64,000 bases of DNA. Source: Candidatus Limnocylindrales bacterium (GTDB taxonomy: Bacteria > Chloroflexota > Limnocylindria > Limnocylindrales > CSP1-4). Where the stretch lies: the NCBI GenBank assembly GCA_035308445.1, contig DATGGQ010000030.1:52598-116597 (forward strand), given 5' to 3'. The translations under genes were made by a program, and so were the position numbers. Positions 1 to 7,895 of the stretch are shown here, in pieces (the first letter of the stretch is position 1; every line of letters starts with the position of its first letter). The notes beneath the pieces were generated by a model. The model was given only the letters and a program-made list of their open reading frames with translations, did not search any database and was not told the DNA's origin.

Positions 1-363
1 CGGCGTCGCCGGTTCGAGCTTCGCGGCCGTCAGGCACCAGGCGAACGGATTGAGGTCGTTGCCGACGCCGATCCGTCCCTCGGCCGCGGCCTGGAGCGGC
101 GCGGTCCCGCGGCCGGAGAAGGGATCGAGGACGACATCGCCCGGGCGGCTGTACCTGGCGACGAAGGCATGAGCGAGCGCAGCCGGGAAGCTCGCGAGGT
201 ACGAGCACATCGGATGGAACGAGTGGCCCCAGAGGCGGGGCTGGAGCTTCCAGTCCGGCTCGATCTGGAGCCGCGGGAGCTCGACCGGGAGGTCGAGGGC
301 CAGCTGGGAGGCCCCGGAATCAGCCGTGGCCGACGCTTCGCGATCGGATCGCGCGGCGGTCAT
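1..363 (-). CDS. DNA methyltransferase (N6/N4 family), N-terminal part. The gene runs off the 5' edge of the window.
   Basis: Minus-strand ATG at 361-363. Translation MTAARSDREAS...HSFHPMCSYLASFPAALAHAFVARYSRPGDVVLDPFSGRGT matches the H-P-x-x-FP...GD-VLDPF-G-SGTT block of N6/N4 DNA methylases. No stop codon in the window. Confidence 0.55.
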   Translation of the reverse strand, partial: MTAARSDREASATADSGASQLALDLPVELPRLQIEPDWKLQPRLWGHSFHPMCSYLASFPAALAHAFVARYSRPGDVVLDPFSGRGTAPLQAAAEGRIGVGNDLNPFAWCLTAAKLEPATP

Positions 364-491
364 CCGGGCTCGGCTCCTCGCTCGCGGCCCGCGCCGGGCC
401 GAGGGCCGGGGAGCATAGCACGGCCCCGGCTGCGCTCCGAACGGGTCGGAGCCGTCGCCGGGGCCGTCTCGCGCAGGCTGGCGCGCTCGAC

Positions 492-659
492 CTACAGGTG
501 GATCGCGCCGAGGAGCAACAGGACCACGAAGATCACGACGAGGAGGCCGAGCAGGCTCGTGCCGCCCGTGTAGTAGCCGCCCCATGCGTCGCGATAGCCG
601 TAGCCGATTCCGCCGAAGAGCAGGAACAGGACGATGAGGATGATCAGCAGCGTCAGCAC
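492..659 (-). CDS. Small Gly/Tyr-rich membrane protein (~55 aa), hypothetical
   Basis: GTG start at 657-659 preceded by AAGGAGG with 8 nt spacing. Product VLTLLIILIVLFLLFGGIGYGYRDAWGGYYTGGTSLLGLLVVIFVVLLLLGAIHL has two hydrophobic helices. The longer track ORF 492..863 carries an N-terminal extension that is antisense to the tRNA. Confidence 0.45.
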   Translation of the reverse strand: MLTLLIILIVLFLLFGGIGYGYRDAWGGYYTGGTSLLGLLVVIFVVLLLLGAIHL

Positions 660-785
660 GGATGTCGCCTCCTTCCGTGCCCGGCAAGGTAGCCGGAGCG
701 GCGCGCCGGCCGCGTCACGTCCGAGCCGGCTGGCGCGACGGTCATCTCGCAGCAGGTCGTCCGGTAGACTCGCGGCCCCGATCGC

Positions 786-862
786 GTCCCCGTAGCTCAG
801 TGGACCAGAGCGGCTGCCTTCTAAGCAGCGGGTCGCAGGTTCGAATCCTGCCGGGGACGCCA
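786..862 (+). tRNA. tRNA-Arg (anticodon TCT)
   Basis: Cloverleaf read by eye. Acceptor GTCCCCG/CGGGGAC, D-arm GCTC-AGTGGACCA-GAGC, anticodon arm GCTGC-CTTCTAA-GCAGC (anticodon TCT), T-arm GCAGG-TTCGAAT-CCTGC, 3' CCA encoded. Confidence 0.9.
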
Positions 863-916
863 CCCGCGCTGACCGCCCGAGTGGACCGATCGGTCGGGCA
901 GGGTAGAGTACCCGCC

Positions 917-1591
917 ATGGTCGCTCGAACGGGCCGCCTGCTCACCGCCGTGGGGGCGGTCCTGGGCTCGCTCGTCCTCGCCCATTCGATCGTGTTCCTC
1001 GTCCGCTACGGCTCGGCCTACGGCGAGGAGCTGGCCCACAACGGGCACGACCTGGCGTGGTCGATCGCCGTCTGGGCCTCGATCGTCCTCGGCGTGGGGC
1101 TGGCGCTCGCCGGCGCGATCCAGCTGGTCCGGCTGGCGCGGGCCGCGAACCGGACCGCGTCGATCGCTCCGAAGCGCTCGCCGACAGCCGCCGAGATCGG
1201 TCGGCTCGATCCCCGGGCCTTCGTCCGGTCGTGGCTCCGCATCGGTGGCGGCCTCGCGATCGCCGTCGCGATCCTCCTCACCACTCAGGAGAACATCGAA
1301 CGCGCCGGCGTCGGCCTCACCGTGCCGGGCGTCGGGCTGCTCGTCTCGCCCGAGTACCCGTGGGCCGTGCCGATCGTCGTCGGCGTGGGCCTCGCGGTCG
1401 GCTTCGTCCTCGCGCTGTTCCGCTGGCGCCGGGGCGTGCTCGTCGCGCGCCTCGCGGCCGCTCGGCGGGCGGCGCTCGTCGGCCGGACCTCGGCGCTGCG
1501 GCCGCGCATCCCGTGGGTCGAGCCGCGCCATGCGGCCATCGTCGCCCACCAGATCGCCGGTCGGGCCCCGCCCGCGGTCGTCGCCGCCTGA
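917..1591 (+). CDS. Hypothetical polytopic membrane protein
   Basis: ATG at 917 directly after the tRNA. 224 aa with ~4 predicted TM helices (LLTAVGAVLGSLVLAHSIVFLV, WSIAVWASIVLGVGLALAGAI...). GC3 codon bias is as expected for a real gene. No recognisable motif. Confidence 0.5.
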   Translation: MVARTGRLLTAVGAVLGSLVLAHSIVFLVRYGSAYGEELAHNGHDLAWSIAVWASIVLGVGLALAGAIQLVRLARAANRTASIAPKRSPTAAEIGRLDPRAFVRSWLRIGGGLAIAVAILLTTQENIERAGVGLTVPGVGLLVSPEYPWAVPIVVGVGLAVGFVLALFRWRRGVLVARLAAARRAALVGRTSALRPRIPWVEPRHAAIVAHQIAGRAPPAVVAA

Positions 1592-1665
1592 CCCGCGCGC
1601 TCACCAAGAGCGCATCGACCGATCCCGCCCCGGCCGGCATGGCCTGGGCCGCTCTGGAGATTCGG

Positions 1666-2418
1666 ATGTCTTCTCATCGCCTGCCCGCGCGGCCGAGGCT
1701 GGCCGCCATCCTCGCCGCTGCGGCGTGCCTGTCGCTCCTGCTGGCCGGGACCGCCCAGGCCCACATCGTCAAGACGTTCGGCGGCTACACCGTGGCCCTC
1801 GGCTGGAAGGTCGAACCGACCTATGTCGGTATCCCGAACGCCGTCCAGGTCATCGTCACCGACTCGAAGGGCAAGGCCGTCACCGACATCCCGGACGGTG
1901 ACCTGACGGTCGTCGTCAGCCTGTCCGGCCAGTCCTCGGCCGCGCTGCCGCTCAACAACGCGTTCGATTCGGACACGGGCCTTGGGATCCCCGGCGACTA
2001 CGAGGCCTCCCTCGACCCGACCGTGCCCGGCGACTACACGTTCCACCTGAACGGGAAGATCCACGGCGTGGCCGTCGACGAGACGGCCACCGCCAGCGAC
2101 TCCACGTTCAACTCGGTGGTCGACGGGAGCTCCGTGGACTTCCCGACGAAGCTGCCCTCGATCTCGGACGTCGCCACGGCCGTGAGCCGGCTCGAGGCGC
2201 GGGCGTCCGCGGCCCCCGCCGCGAGCTCGGGACCGGATGTGGCGGCCATGGCCCAGGCGGCCCAGACGGCCGCGAGCGACGCGGCCTCGGCGGCCGCGTC
2301 GGCCCAGGCCCAGGCGAGCACGGCCCTCCAGGTCGGCATCCTCGTCGGGGCTGTGGGGATCGTCGTCGGCGTCGCCGCCCTGTTCGTCGCCACTCGGCGT
2401 CGGACCGGCGCGGCGTAA
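1666..2418 (+). CDS. Secreted copper-binding protein, YcnI-like (DUF1775-type), with C-terminal membrane anchor
   Basis: GGAGA RBS 7 nt upstream of ATG 1666. Signal peptide MSSHRLPARPRLAAILAAAACLSLLLAGTAQA, followed by His as first mature residue (AQA|HIVKTF...). C-terminal TM helix LQVGILVGAVGIVVGVAALFVA plus RRRTG tail. Sits immediately upstream of the CopC-CopD fusion, as in Bacillus ycnI-ycnJ. The family call is an inference. Confidence 0.55.
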   Translation: MSSHRLPARPRLAAILAAAACLSLLLAGTAQAHIVKTFGGYTVALGWKVEPTYVGIPNAVQVIVTDSKGKAVTDIPDGDLTVVVSLSGQSSAALPLNNAFDSDTGLGIPGDYEASLDPTVPGDYTFHLNGKIHGVAVDETATASDSTFNSVVDGSSVDFPTKLPSISDVATAVSRLEARASAAPAASSGPDVAAMAQAAQTAASDAASAAASAQAQASTALQVGILVGAVGIVVGVAALFVATRRRTGAA

Positions 2419-2435
2419 CCACGCCGGGGCAGGGC

Positions 2436-4499
2436 ATGCGCCGCGCTGTCGCCGCATCGACCATCGCGCTCGTCTGGCTGGCGGTCCTCGCCGGCGCGAC
2501 GCTCGCGCATGCCCTGCCGCAATCCTCGGATCCGAGCCCCGGCTCGAGCCTCGCCCAGGCGCCGACCCAGGTCTCGATCGTCTTCGGCGAGCGGCCCGAC
2601 GCCAAGCTGTCGTCGATCCGGGTCCTCGACTCGTCGGGGGCCGCGGTGACATCGGGCCCGACGACAGTCGCGCCTGGCAACGCGGATGAGCTGGTCGTCC
2701 CGCTCAACCCGCTGCCGCCGGGCGTCTACACGGTCGCCTGGCGGACCGTCTCCGCGGTCGACGGCCACAACGCCACGGGGTCGTTTGCATTCGGTGTCGG
2801 CGGCCAGACCCCGCCGCCGAGCGAGGTCGGCCCCGGCCCCGGGACCACCGTATCCTCGGGGCCATCGGACGCCGCGATCGCCGCCCGGTGGCTGCTCTTC
2901 GTCGGGCTGATCGGCCTCCTCGGCCTGTCCTTCTTCGGGGCGGTCGTCGCCGGCGCGGCGCCGTTCGACCCTCGGCGCCTGGTGCCGATCGCCTGGCTGC
3001 TCGCCGCCGTGGGCACTGTGGCCGTGATCGTCGTTCAGCTGAGCGAAGCCGGCGTCGCGCCCGCGGACGCGCTCGGAACGTCCTTCGGACCCGTCATCAT
3101 CGAGCGGACGGCGGCCATGGTCGTCGCGGCCGCTGCCATCGCCGCGTTCATCATCCGGCCTCGCGCGGTCCGGCCGGCCCTCGCGGTCAGCGGGCTTGCT
3201 GCCGCCGGAGCGCTGCTCGCCGACGTCGGCGCCAGCCATGCCGCCGCCGGAGCGCTGCCGATCCTCTCGGTCGCCATCCAGTGGCTCCACGTGGCGGCGG
3301 TCGGGATGTGGCTGGGCGGCCTGGCCGGGCTGCTCGTGGCGACCCGGCGCGAGCCGGGCCCCGGGACGGCAACGCTCGTGAAGCGCTTCTCGTGGGTGGG
3401 CACCGCGGGCATCTCGATCGTCGCCGCCACGGGCCTGGTGCGAGCCATCCAGGAGGTCGGGACGATCGACCAGCTCCTGGCCACCGACTTCGGGCATCTC
3501 GTCATCATCAAGACAGGACTCCTCGGCATCCTGGCGCTGCTCGGCGCGTTCAACCACTTCGTCAGCGTCCCGGCCGCCGGGCGTCGACTCAGGGGCCTCC
3601 GACTGGTGGGATCCGGCGAGCTCCTCGTCGGCGCAACGGTGATCCTGTTCTCCGCTTCGCTCGTGAACCTGGCGCCACCGGTCGAGGCCGGCGGCGGTGG
3701 CGGCACTGGTCCGAGCGCGAGCCCGGCCGCGACCATCGGGCCGCTCGTGGTCAGCGGCAACGACTTCGGGACGTCGATTCGGCTCAGCCTCGCGGTCTCG
3801 CCAGGGCTCGCCGGGTTCAACACGTTCACGGCGACCGCGACCGATTTCGACACGGGCCAGCCGGTCGCGGCCACGAAGGTGAGCCTCCGCTTCGACCTGC
3901 CCTCGCGGCCGGACATCGGCTCGTCGTCGCTCGACCTGGCGCCATCCGGATCGAGCCCGGGCGTCTTCGTGGGGACCGGCCCGAACCTCTCGATCGCCGG
4001 CGCCTGGGCCGTGACGGCCCTTGTCGTGAACGGCACCGGCTCGGTCGAGGTGCCCCTGTCCGTGACGACCCGCTGCCCGACGAGCCCGTCGCCATCGCCG
4101 ACACCGATCGTGACCCAGAACGCCGCCCCGGGGCTGCCGACGATCTTCACCGAATCGCTCCCGGCCGGTCGATCCGCGCAGGTTTACCTGGACCCCGGGA
4201 CCGCCGGCCACAACGAGCTGCACGTGACGTTCTTCGATGCGAACGGCACGGAGCTGCCCGTCCAGAGCGTGACGATGTCCATCGGCCCGTCGAGCTGCGC
4301 GCAGTCGCCGCTGACCCCGCGCATGCTGGAGCCGGGGCACTTCGTCGCGGACGTCGACCTTCAATCCGGCACCGACGTCACGGAGATGACCGGACCAGCG
4401 CCCACCGGCGAGCAGCTCGCGGTCCAGATCCAGCTCACGGTCGACCCGGCGCCGCCGCCCTCGGCCGGCGCCAGCCCTCCGAGCTCCGTGCAACCATGA
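2436..4499 (+). CDS. Copper resistance protein, CopC-CopD fusion (YcnJ-like), with ~270-aa C-terminal extracytoplasmic extension
   Basis: N-terminal signal peptide then CopC fold motifs (AHALPQSSDPSPGSSL...VSIVF...VAWRTVSAVDGHNATGSFAFGVG). Central ~300 aa has 8 TM helices typical of CopD. The C-terminus (GGGGGTGPSAS...) holds two repeated beta-rich segments (NTFTATATDFDTGQPV.../ELHVTFFDANGTELPV...). Confidence 0.8.
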   Translation: MRRAVAASTIALVWLAVLAGATLAHALPQSSDPSPGSSLAQAPTQVSIVFGERPDAKLSSIRVLDSSGAAVTSGPTTVAPGNADELVVPLNPLPPGVYTVAWRTVSAVDGHNATGSFAFGVGGQTPPPSEVGPGPGTTVSSGPSDAAIAARWLLFVGLIGLLGLSFFGAVVAGAAPFDPRRLVPIAWLLAAVGTVAVIVVQLSEAGVAPADALGTSFGPVIIERTAAMVVAAAAIAAFIIRPRAVRPALAVSGLAAAGALLADVGASHAAAGALPILSVAIQWLHVAAVGMWLGGLAGLLVATRREPGPGTATLVKRFSWVGTAGISIVAATGLVRAIQEVGTIDQLLATDFGHLVIIKTGLLGILALLGAFNHFVSVPAAGRRLRGLRLVGSGELLVGATVILFSASLVNLAPPVEAGGGGGTGPSASPAATIGPLVVSGNDFGTSIRLSLAVSPGLAGFNTFTATATDFDTGQPVAATKVSLRFDLPSRPDIGSSSLDLAPSGSSPGVFVGTGPNLSIAGAWAVTALVVNGTGSVEVPLSVTTRCPTSPSPSPTPIVTQNAAPGLPTIFTESLPAGRSAQVYLDPGTAGHNELHVTFFDANGTELPVQSVTMSIGPSSCAQSPLTPRMLEPGHFVADVDLQSGTDVTEMTGPAPTGEQLAVQIQLTVDPAPPPSAGASPPSSVQP

Positions 4500-4506
4500 G
4501 GTCCCG

Positions 4507-4968
4507 ATGAATCGCCGATCGCCCCGCTTCGCCGGGCTCTCGTCCGTCCTGCTCCTCGTGGCGCTGGGCTCCGTGGCCTGCGGCGGTGGGGCGAGCCCCA
4601 CCACGGCGCCGGCGACATCGCCCGGGGCGAGCATCGTCTCGAGCTTCGGCCCCCGCCCGTCGTCGCCTGCCGTCGTGACGATCGTCGAGCCGACGAACGG
4701 CGCCCAGCTCAGCGGCCCGACCGTCCATGTCGTGCTGACCCTGACCGGGGCCACGATCGTGCCCGCGACGACCACGAGCATCAGCCCGACGACCGGCCAC
4801 ATCCACCTGTACGTCGACAACAACCTCGTCTCGATGAACTACGGCCTCACCCAGGACATCCCGGTGAGCCCCGGGACGTACGTCCTCAAGGCCGAGTTCG
4901 TGGCCGCCGACCACGCGCCGTTCAACCCGCGGGTCTACTCGGCCGAAGTCTTCTTCACCGTCAAGTAG
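4507..4968 (+). CDS. Lipoprotein with HxH motif (DUF4399-like), hypothetical metal-binding
   Basis: ATG 8 nt after the CopCD stop. Lipobox LVALGSVAC. Motif TGHIHLYVDNN. 153 aa. Confidence 0.6.
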   Translation: MNRRSPRFAGLSSVLLLVALGSVACGGGASPTTAPATSPGASIVSSFGPRPSSPAVVTIVEPTNGAQLSGPTVHVVLTLTGATIVPATTTSISPTTGHIHLYVDNNLVSMNYGLTQDIPVSPGTYVLKAEFVAADHAPFNPRVYSAEVFFTVK

Positions 4969-4973
4969 CGGCG

Positions 4974-5759
4974 GTGCGGCTCGCCCGGTTCACGGTCCCG
5001 CGAGCCGCCGCGGCCGCGCTCGCCGTCGGCGCCGCGTGGGCGCTCGGGGCGCAGCTCGCGTTCCCGACGCTGACCCCGCTCTACGACGGCCTGTCGCAGC
5101 TCGACCCGTACCGCTACCTGACCCCGACGGGGAGCCAGCCCGGCAATCCCGGGGGCTTCGCCTCGAAGCCCGGCCTCGACGCCAACGGCCAGAGTCGAGC
5201 CTTCGCCGCCCTCACACCCGAGAACCCGCCGCAGGCCCAGCTCATCGCGCTCGGTGGCGCCTTCGTCGCGCCAGCCGGCTCGACGTCGATGGACGTGACG
5301 ATCGAGCCCGTCCAGCCGCTCGACCAGCCGACGGCGGGGGCGATCGCCGGCAACGTCTACCGGTTCACGGTCGTGGACGATGCCGGGAACGCGTTCGGCG
5401 TCGCCCCGGGCGCCCAGCCGACGATCACGCTTCGGGAGCCCGATGGCGTGACGGACGCGGTCCTGGGCCACGACACCCCTGATGGCTGGGTCGCGCTCCA
5501 GACCGTGCATGGCGGCGCCCTCGGGCTGCTCCAGGCCCAGGTCACCGAGCTCGGCGACTATGCCGTGCTCACGGGCGTCTCGCCGCCGCTCGACCTCGGC
5601 CCGATCGCCGCGATCGGCCTCGCGATCGGGGTTCCGCTCGTCGCGGTCGCCGTCTATCTCGTGCTCCGGCTGCGTCGCGAGCGTCGGGCCCGGGCCATCG
5701 CCGCCGAATTGGCCCGCAACCGGGCCCGCGTGCCCTCCAAACGTCGTCGTCGCCGCTGA
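4974..5759 (+). CDS. Secreted membrane-anchored protein, paralog A of an unknown family
   Basis: GTG start 6 nt after the previous stop. Signal peptide, conserved blocks PLYDGLSQLDPY, PQAQLIALGGAFVAPAGSTSMDVTIEPVQP, GNVYRFTVV, ELGDYAVL, then a C-terminal TM helix and Arg-rich tail. Paralogous to 7892..8776. Confidence 0.6.
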   Translation: MRLARFTVPRAAAAALAVGAAWALGAQLAFPTLTPLYDGLSQLDPYRYLTPTGSQPGNPGGFASKPGLDANGQSRAFAALTPENPPQAQLIALGGAFVAPAGSTSMDVTIEPVQPLDQPTAGAIAGNVYRFTVVDDAGNAFGVAPGAQPTITLREPDGVTDAVLGHDTPDGWVALQTVHGGALGLLQAQVTELGDYAVLTGVSPPLDLGPIAAIGLAIGVPLVAVAVYLVLRLRRERRARAIAAELARNRARVPSKRRRRR

Positions 5760-5793
5760 TGGCGCACCATCCGGGTACAGACCAGGAGCCGAC

Positions 5794-7212
5794 ATGACCA
5801 CACCGCTCGTCCACCCACGCCGCCGCCCGTCGCGCCTCGGGCTCGGTATCGCCCTGCTCGCCATCGCCGCCCCCGTCGGCGGCTTCGTGCTCGTGAAGGC
5901 CGTCTCGGCCCAGCCGATCCGGATCGGCGCCGTGTTCCCGATCACCGGCAACGCCCGGGCGCTGGCCGTGCCCGAGCTGACCGGCGTCCGCATCGCGGTC
6001 GACATGGTGAACGCCGACGGCGGCATCGATGGCCGGCCCGTGGTCCTCGACGTCCGCGACCTCGAGAGCCGGGCCGACGCCGACGGGATCATGGCCGGCT
6101 TCGCCCGGGACGGCATCCGGCTCGTCATCGGCGCCTATTCGTCGGACCTGTCCATCGCCGCGAGCGCGGCGGCCGACAAGGCCGGGCTGCTCTACTGGGA
6201 ATCCGGCGCCGTGGCGGACCAGCTGACCGGCCGCGGGCTGCCCCTCGTGTTCCGAGTCGGGGCGAGTGGCACGAACCTTGGCTCCAACTCGGCGACGTTC
6301 GTCGCGACCCAGCTGGCGAGCCGGCTCGGCAAGGCGGTCGGCCAGACGCGGGTGGCGATCGTCAACGCGAACGACGCCTACGCGACGTCCGTCGCCGACG
6401 CGGCCGCGTCCACGGCAACGACGGCGGGCCTCGACGTGGTCGCCCAGGCGACCTACGACCTCGGGATGCCGGACTGGACTGGGCTGATGGACCAGCTGAA
6501 GGCGGCGCGCCCCGACGCGATCATCCTCGCCTCCCACATCCCCGATGGGGTCGCCTTCCGGCAGGCGATGCTGGCGTCGGGCCTCAGGGTCGGGGCTCTG
6601 ATCGGCTCGACGATGGCCGAGTGCGACCCGGACTTCGCCGGCGATCTCGGGGCTGATGCGATCGGCATCTTCGCCTCCGATCGACCGACGGCCGGGTTCC
6701 GGCCCGATGCGCTCGATCCGACGGCGAAGGCGGCGTACGACCGCTTCTCGGCGGCGTGGGCGGCGGCCACGGCCGCTTCGGCGGCGCCCACGGCGGCGTC
6801 GGCGGCCTCGGGGGCCCCGGCGTGGGGCAGCGGCGACCCGGCGTGGGGCAGCGGCGAGCCGTACACCTTGATCGGGCCGGCCGAATCGCCGACCGCGGAG
6901 GCCTCGGAAGAGGCCCTTGCCGGGTTCTCGGCGGCGTGGGCCTTGTTCACGGACGTCCTGCCGGCGGCGGCGAGCACCTCGCCGGGCCTCGATCCCGCGG
7001 CCGTGGCCTCGGTTGCCCGAGCGGTGGACCTGCCGACCGGCGCGCTGCCGAACGGCGCCGGCCTCCGGTTCTCGACGGACGAAGCGACGCTCGGCCAGAA
7101 CCTGCGGGCGGCCGCGGTGATCTGGCAGTGGCAGGCCGTCCGCCAGTACGCGTTCGTCTGGCCGCCGTCGTACGCGACCGGCGCCATCGCCTTCGTGCCG
7201 CTCGGCCGATGA
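5794..7212 (+). CDS. Periplasmic solute-binding protein, type-1 (LivJ / branched-chain amino-acid ABC-type family), orphan
   Basis: AGGAG RBS 6 nt before ATG 5794. Signal/TM anchor (LGLGIALLAIAAPVGGFVLV), then IRIGAVFPITGN...VIGAYSSDLSIAA, typical of the Leu/Ile/Val-binding fold. Low-complexity insert APAWGSGDPAWGSGEP. No permease or ATPase genes adjacent. Confidence 0.75.
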   Translation: MTTPLVHPRRRPSRLGLGIALLAIAAPVGGFVLVKAVSAQPIRIGAVFPITGNARALAVPELTGVRIAVDMVNADGGIDGRPVVLDVRDLESRADADGIMAGFARDGIRLVIGAYSSDLSIAASAAADKAGLLYWESGAVADQLTGRGLPLVFRVGASGTNLGSNSATFVATQLASRLGKAVGQTRVAIVNANDAYATSVADAAASTATTAGLDVVAQATYDLGMPDWTGLMDQLKAARPDAIILASHIPDGVAFRQAMLASGLRVGALIGSTMAECDPDFAGDLGADAIGIFASDRPTAGFRPDALDPTAKAAYDRFSAAWAAATAASAAPTAASAASGAPAWGSGDPAWGSGEPYTLIGPAESPTAEASEEALAGFSAAWALFTDVLPAAASTSPGLDPAAVASVARAVDLPTGALPNGAGLRFSTDEATLGQNLRAAAVIWQWQAVRQYAFVWPPSYATGAIAFVPLGR

Positions 7213-7895
7213 TCGCGGGGCGGACGGCCCGGCGATCGGAGAGGGCGGCGCTCGGCGCGGACAGCGCGACGCGAGGCGCTGAGGCGGCGGCGCTCGGCGG
7301 GGGTCGCCTCGCCGGTCATCCCGTGGCGGCTCGATGGCTTCGGCCGGCGGGGCTGCTCGCCGGCCTCGCGATCGTCATCGGGGCACGCTGGGCGGCGACG
7401 GTCGACGGCCTCGACGCGATCGGCGTCGGCGTGCTGTTCGGCGCCGCCCTGGTCTGGGTCGCGGTCGTCGGCAGCCAGGGCACGGTGGCGTTCCGCCGTC
7501 CGCGGGTCGCCGAGGTCGTCTACGGGGTTGTCGGCGGCACGGCGCTCATCGCGATCGCCGTCGTCGCGAGCTCATCGGTGCCGCGGCCGATCGGCGAGCC
7601 GGCGCCCTCGTTCGCTCCGTGGGCGGCGGTGACGCTGCTCGTGGCCGGGGCCGAGGAGCTCCTGCTCCGAGGCGTGCTCTTCCGAGCCGTCGAGCGCGCG
7701 GGCGGCGTTGTTGCGGCGGTCGCGGTCACGAGCATCGCCTTCGCCGTCATGCACGTCCCGCTGTACGGCTGGCACGTCGTGCCGCTCGACCTGGGGGTCG
7801 GGATCTTCCTCGGTGGCCTGCGGCTGGCCGGCGGCGGCTGGCTCGGCCCGGCCATCGCCCATGCGATCGCCGACCTCGCGACCTGGTGGCTGTGA
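7209..7895 (+). CDS. CPBP family intramembrane metalloprotease (CAAX protease-like)
   Basis: ATGA overlap with the solute-binding protein stop. Motifs EELLLRGVLF and FAVMH...H (the EExxxR / FxxxH pair of CPBP/Abi proteases). The true start may lie further downstream. Confidence 0.6.
   Translation: MIAGRTARRSERAALGADSATRGAEAAALGGGRLAGHPVAARWLRPAGLLAGLAIVIGARWAATVDGLDAIGVGVLFGAALVWVAVVGSQGTVAFRRPRVAEVVYGVVGGTALIAIAVVASSSVPRPIGEPAPSFAPWAAVTLLVAGAEELLLRGVLFRAVERAGGVVAAVAVTSIAFAVMHVPLYGWHVVPLDLGVGIFLGGLRLAGGGWLGPAIAHAIADLATWWL

Noticed and set aside
1-900. Integrated mobile element at tRNA-Arg (the methyltransferase is adjacent)
   Set aside because: No integrase, excisionase, direct repeat of the tRNA 3' end, or compositional shift is seen downstream of the tRNA. 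The methyltransferase is truncated by the window edge, so nothing can be concluded.
2034-4823. 929-aa minus-strand ORF, and many similar long antisense ORFs (e.g. 1285..2652, 10113..12140, 19183..20775, 24293..26632, 27955..29907, 37415..39175, 39911..41719)
   Set aside because: These are Arg/Pro/Gly/Asp-rich, low-complexity translations antisense to well-supported genes. They are typical high-GC artefacts.
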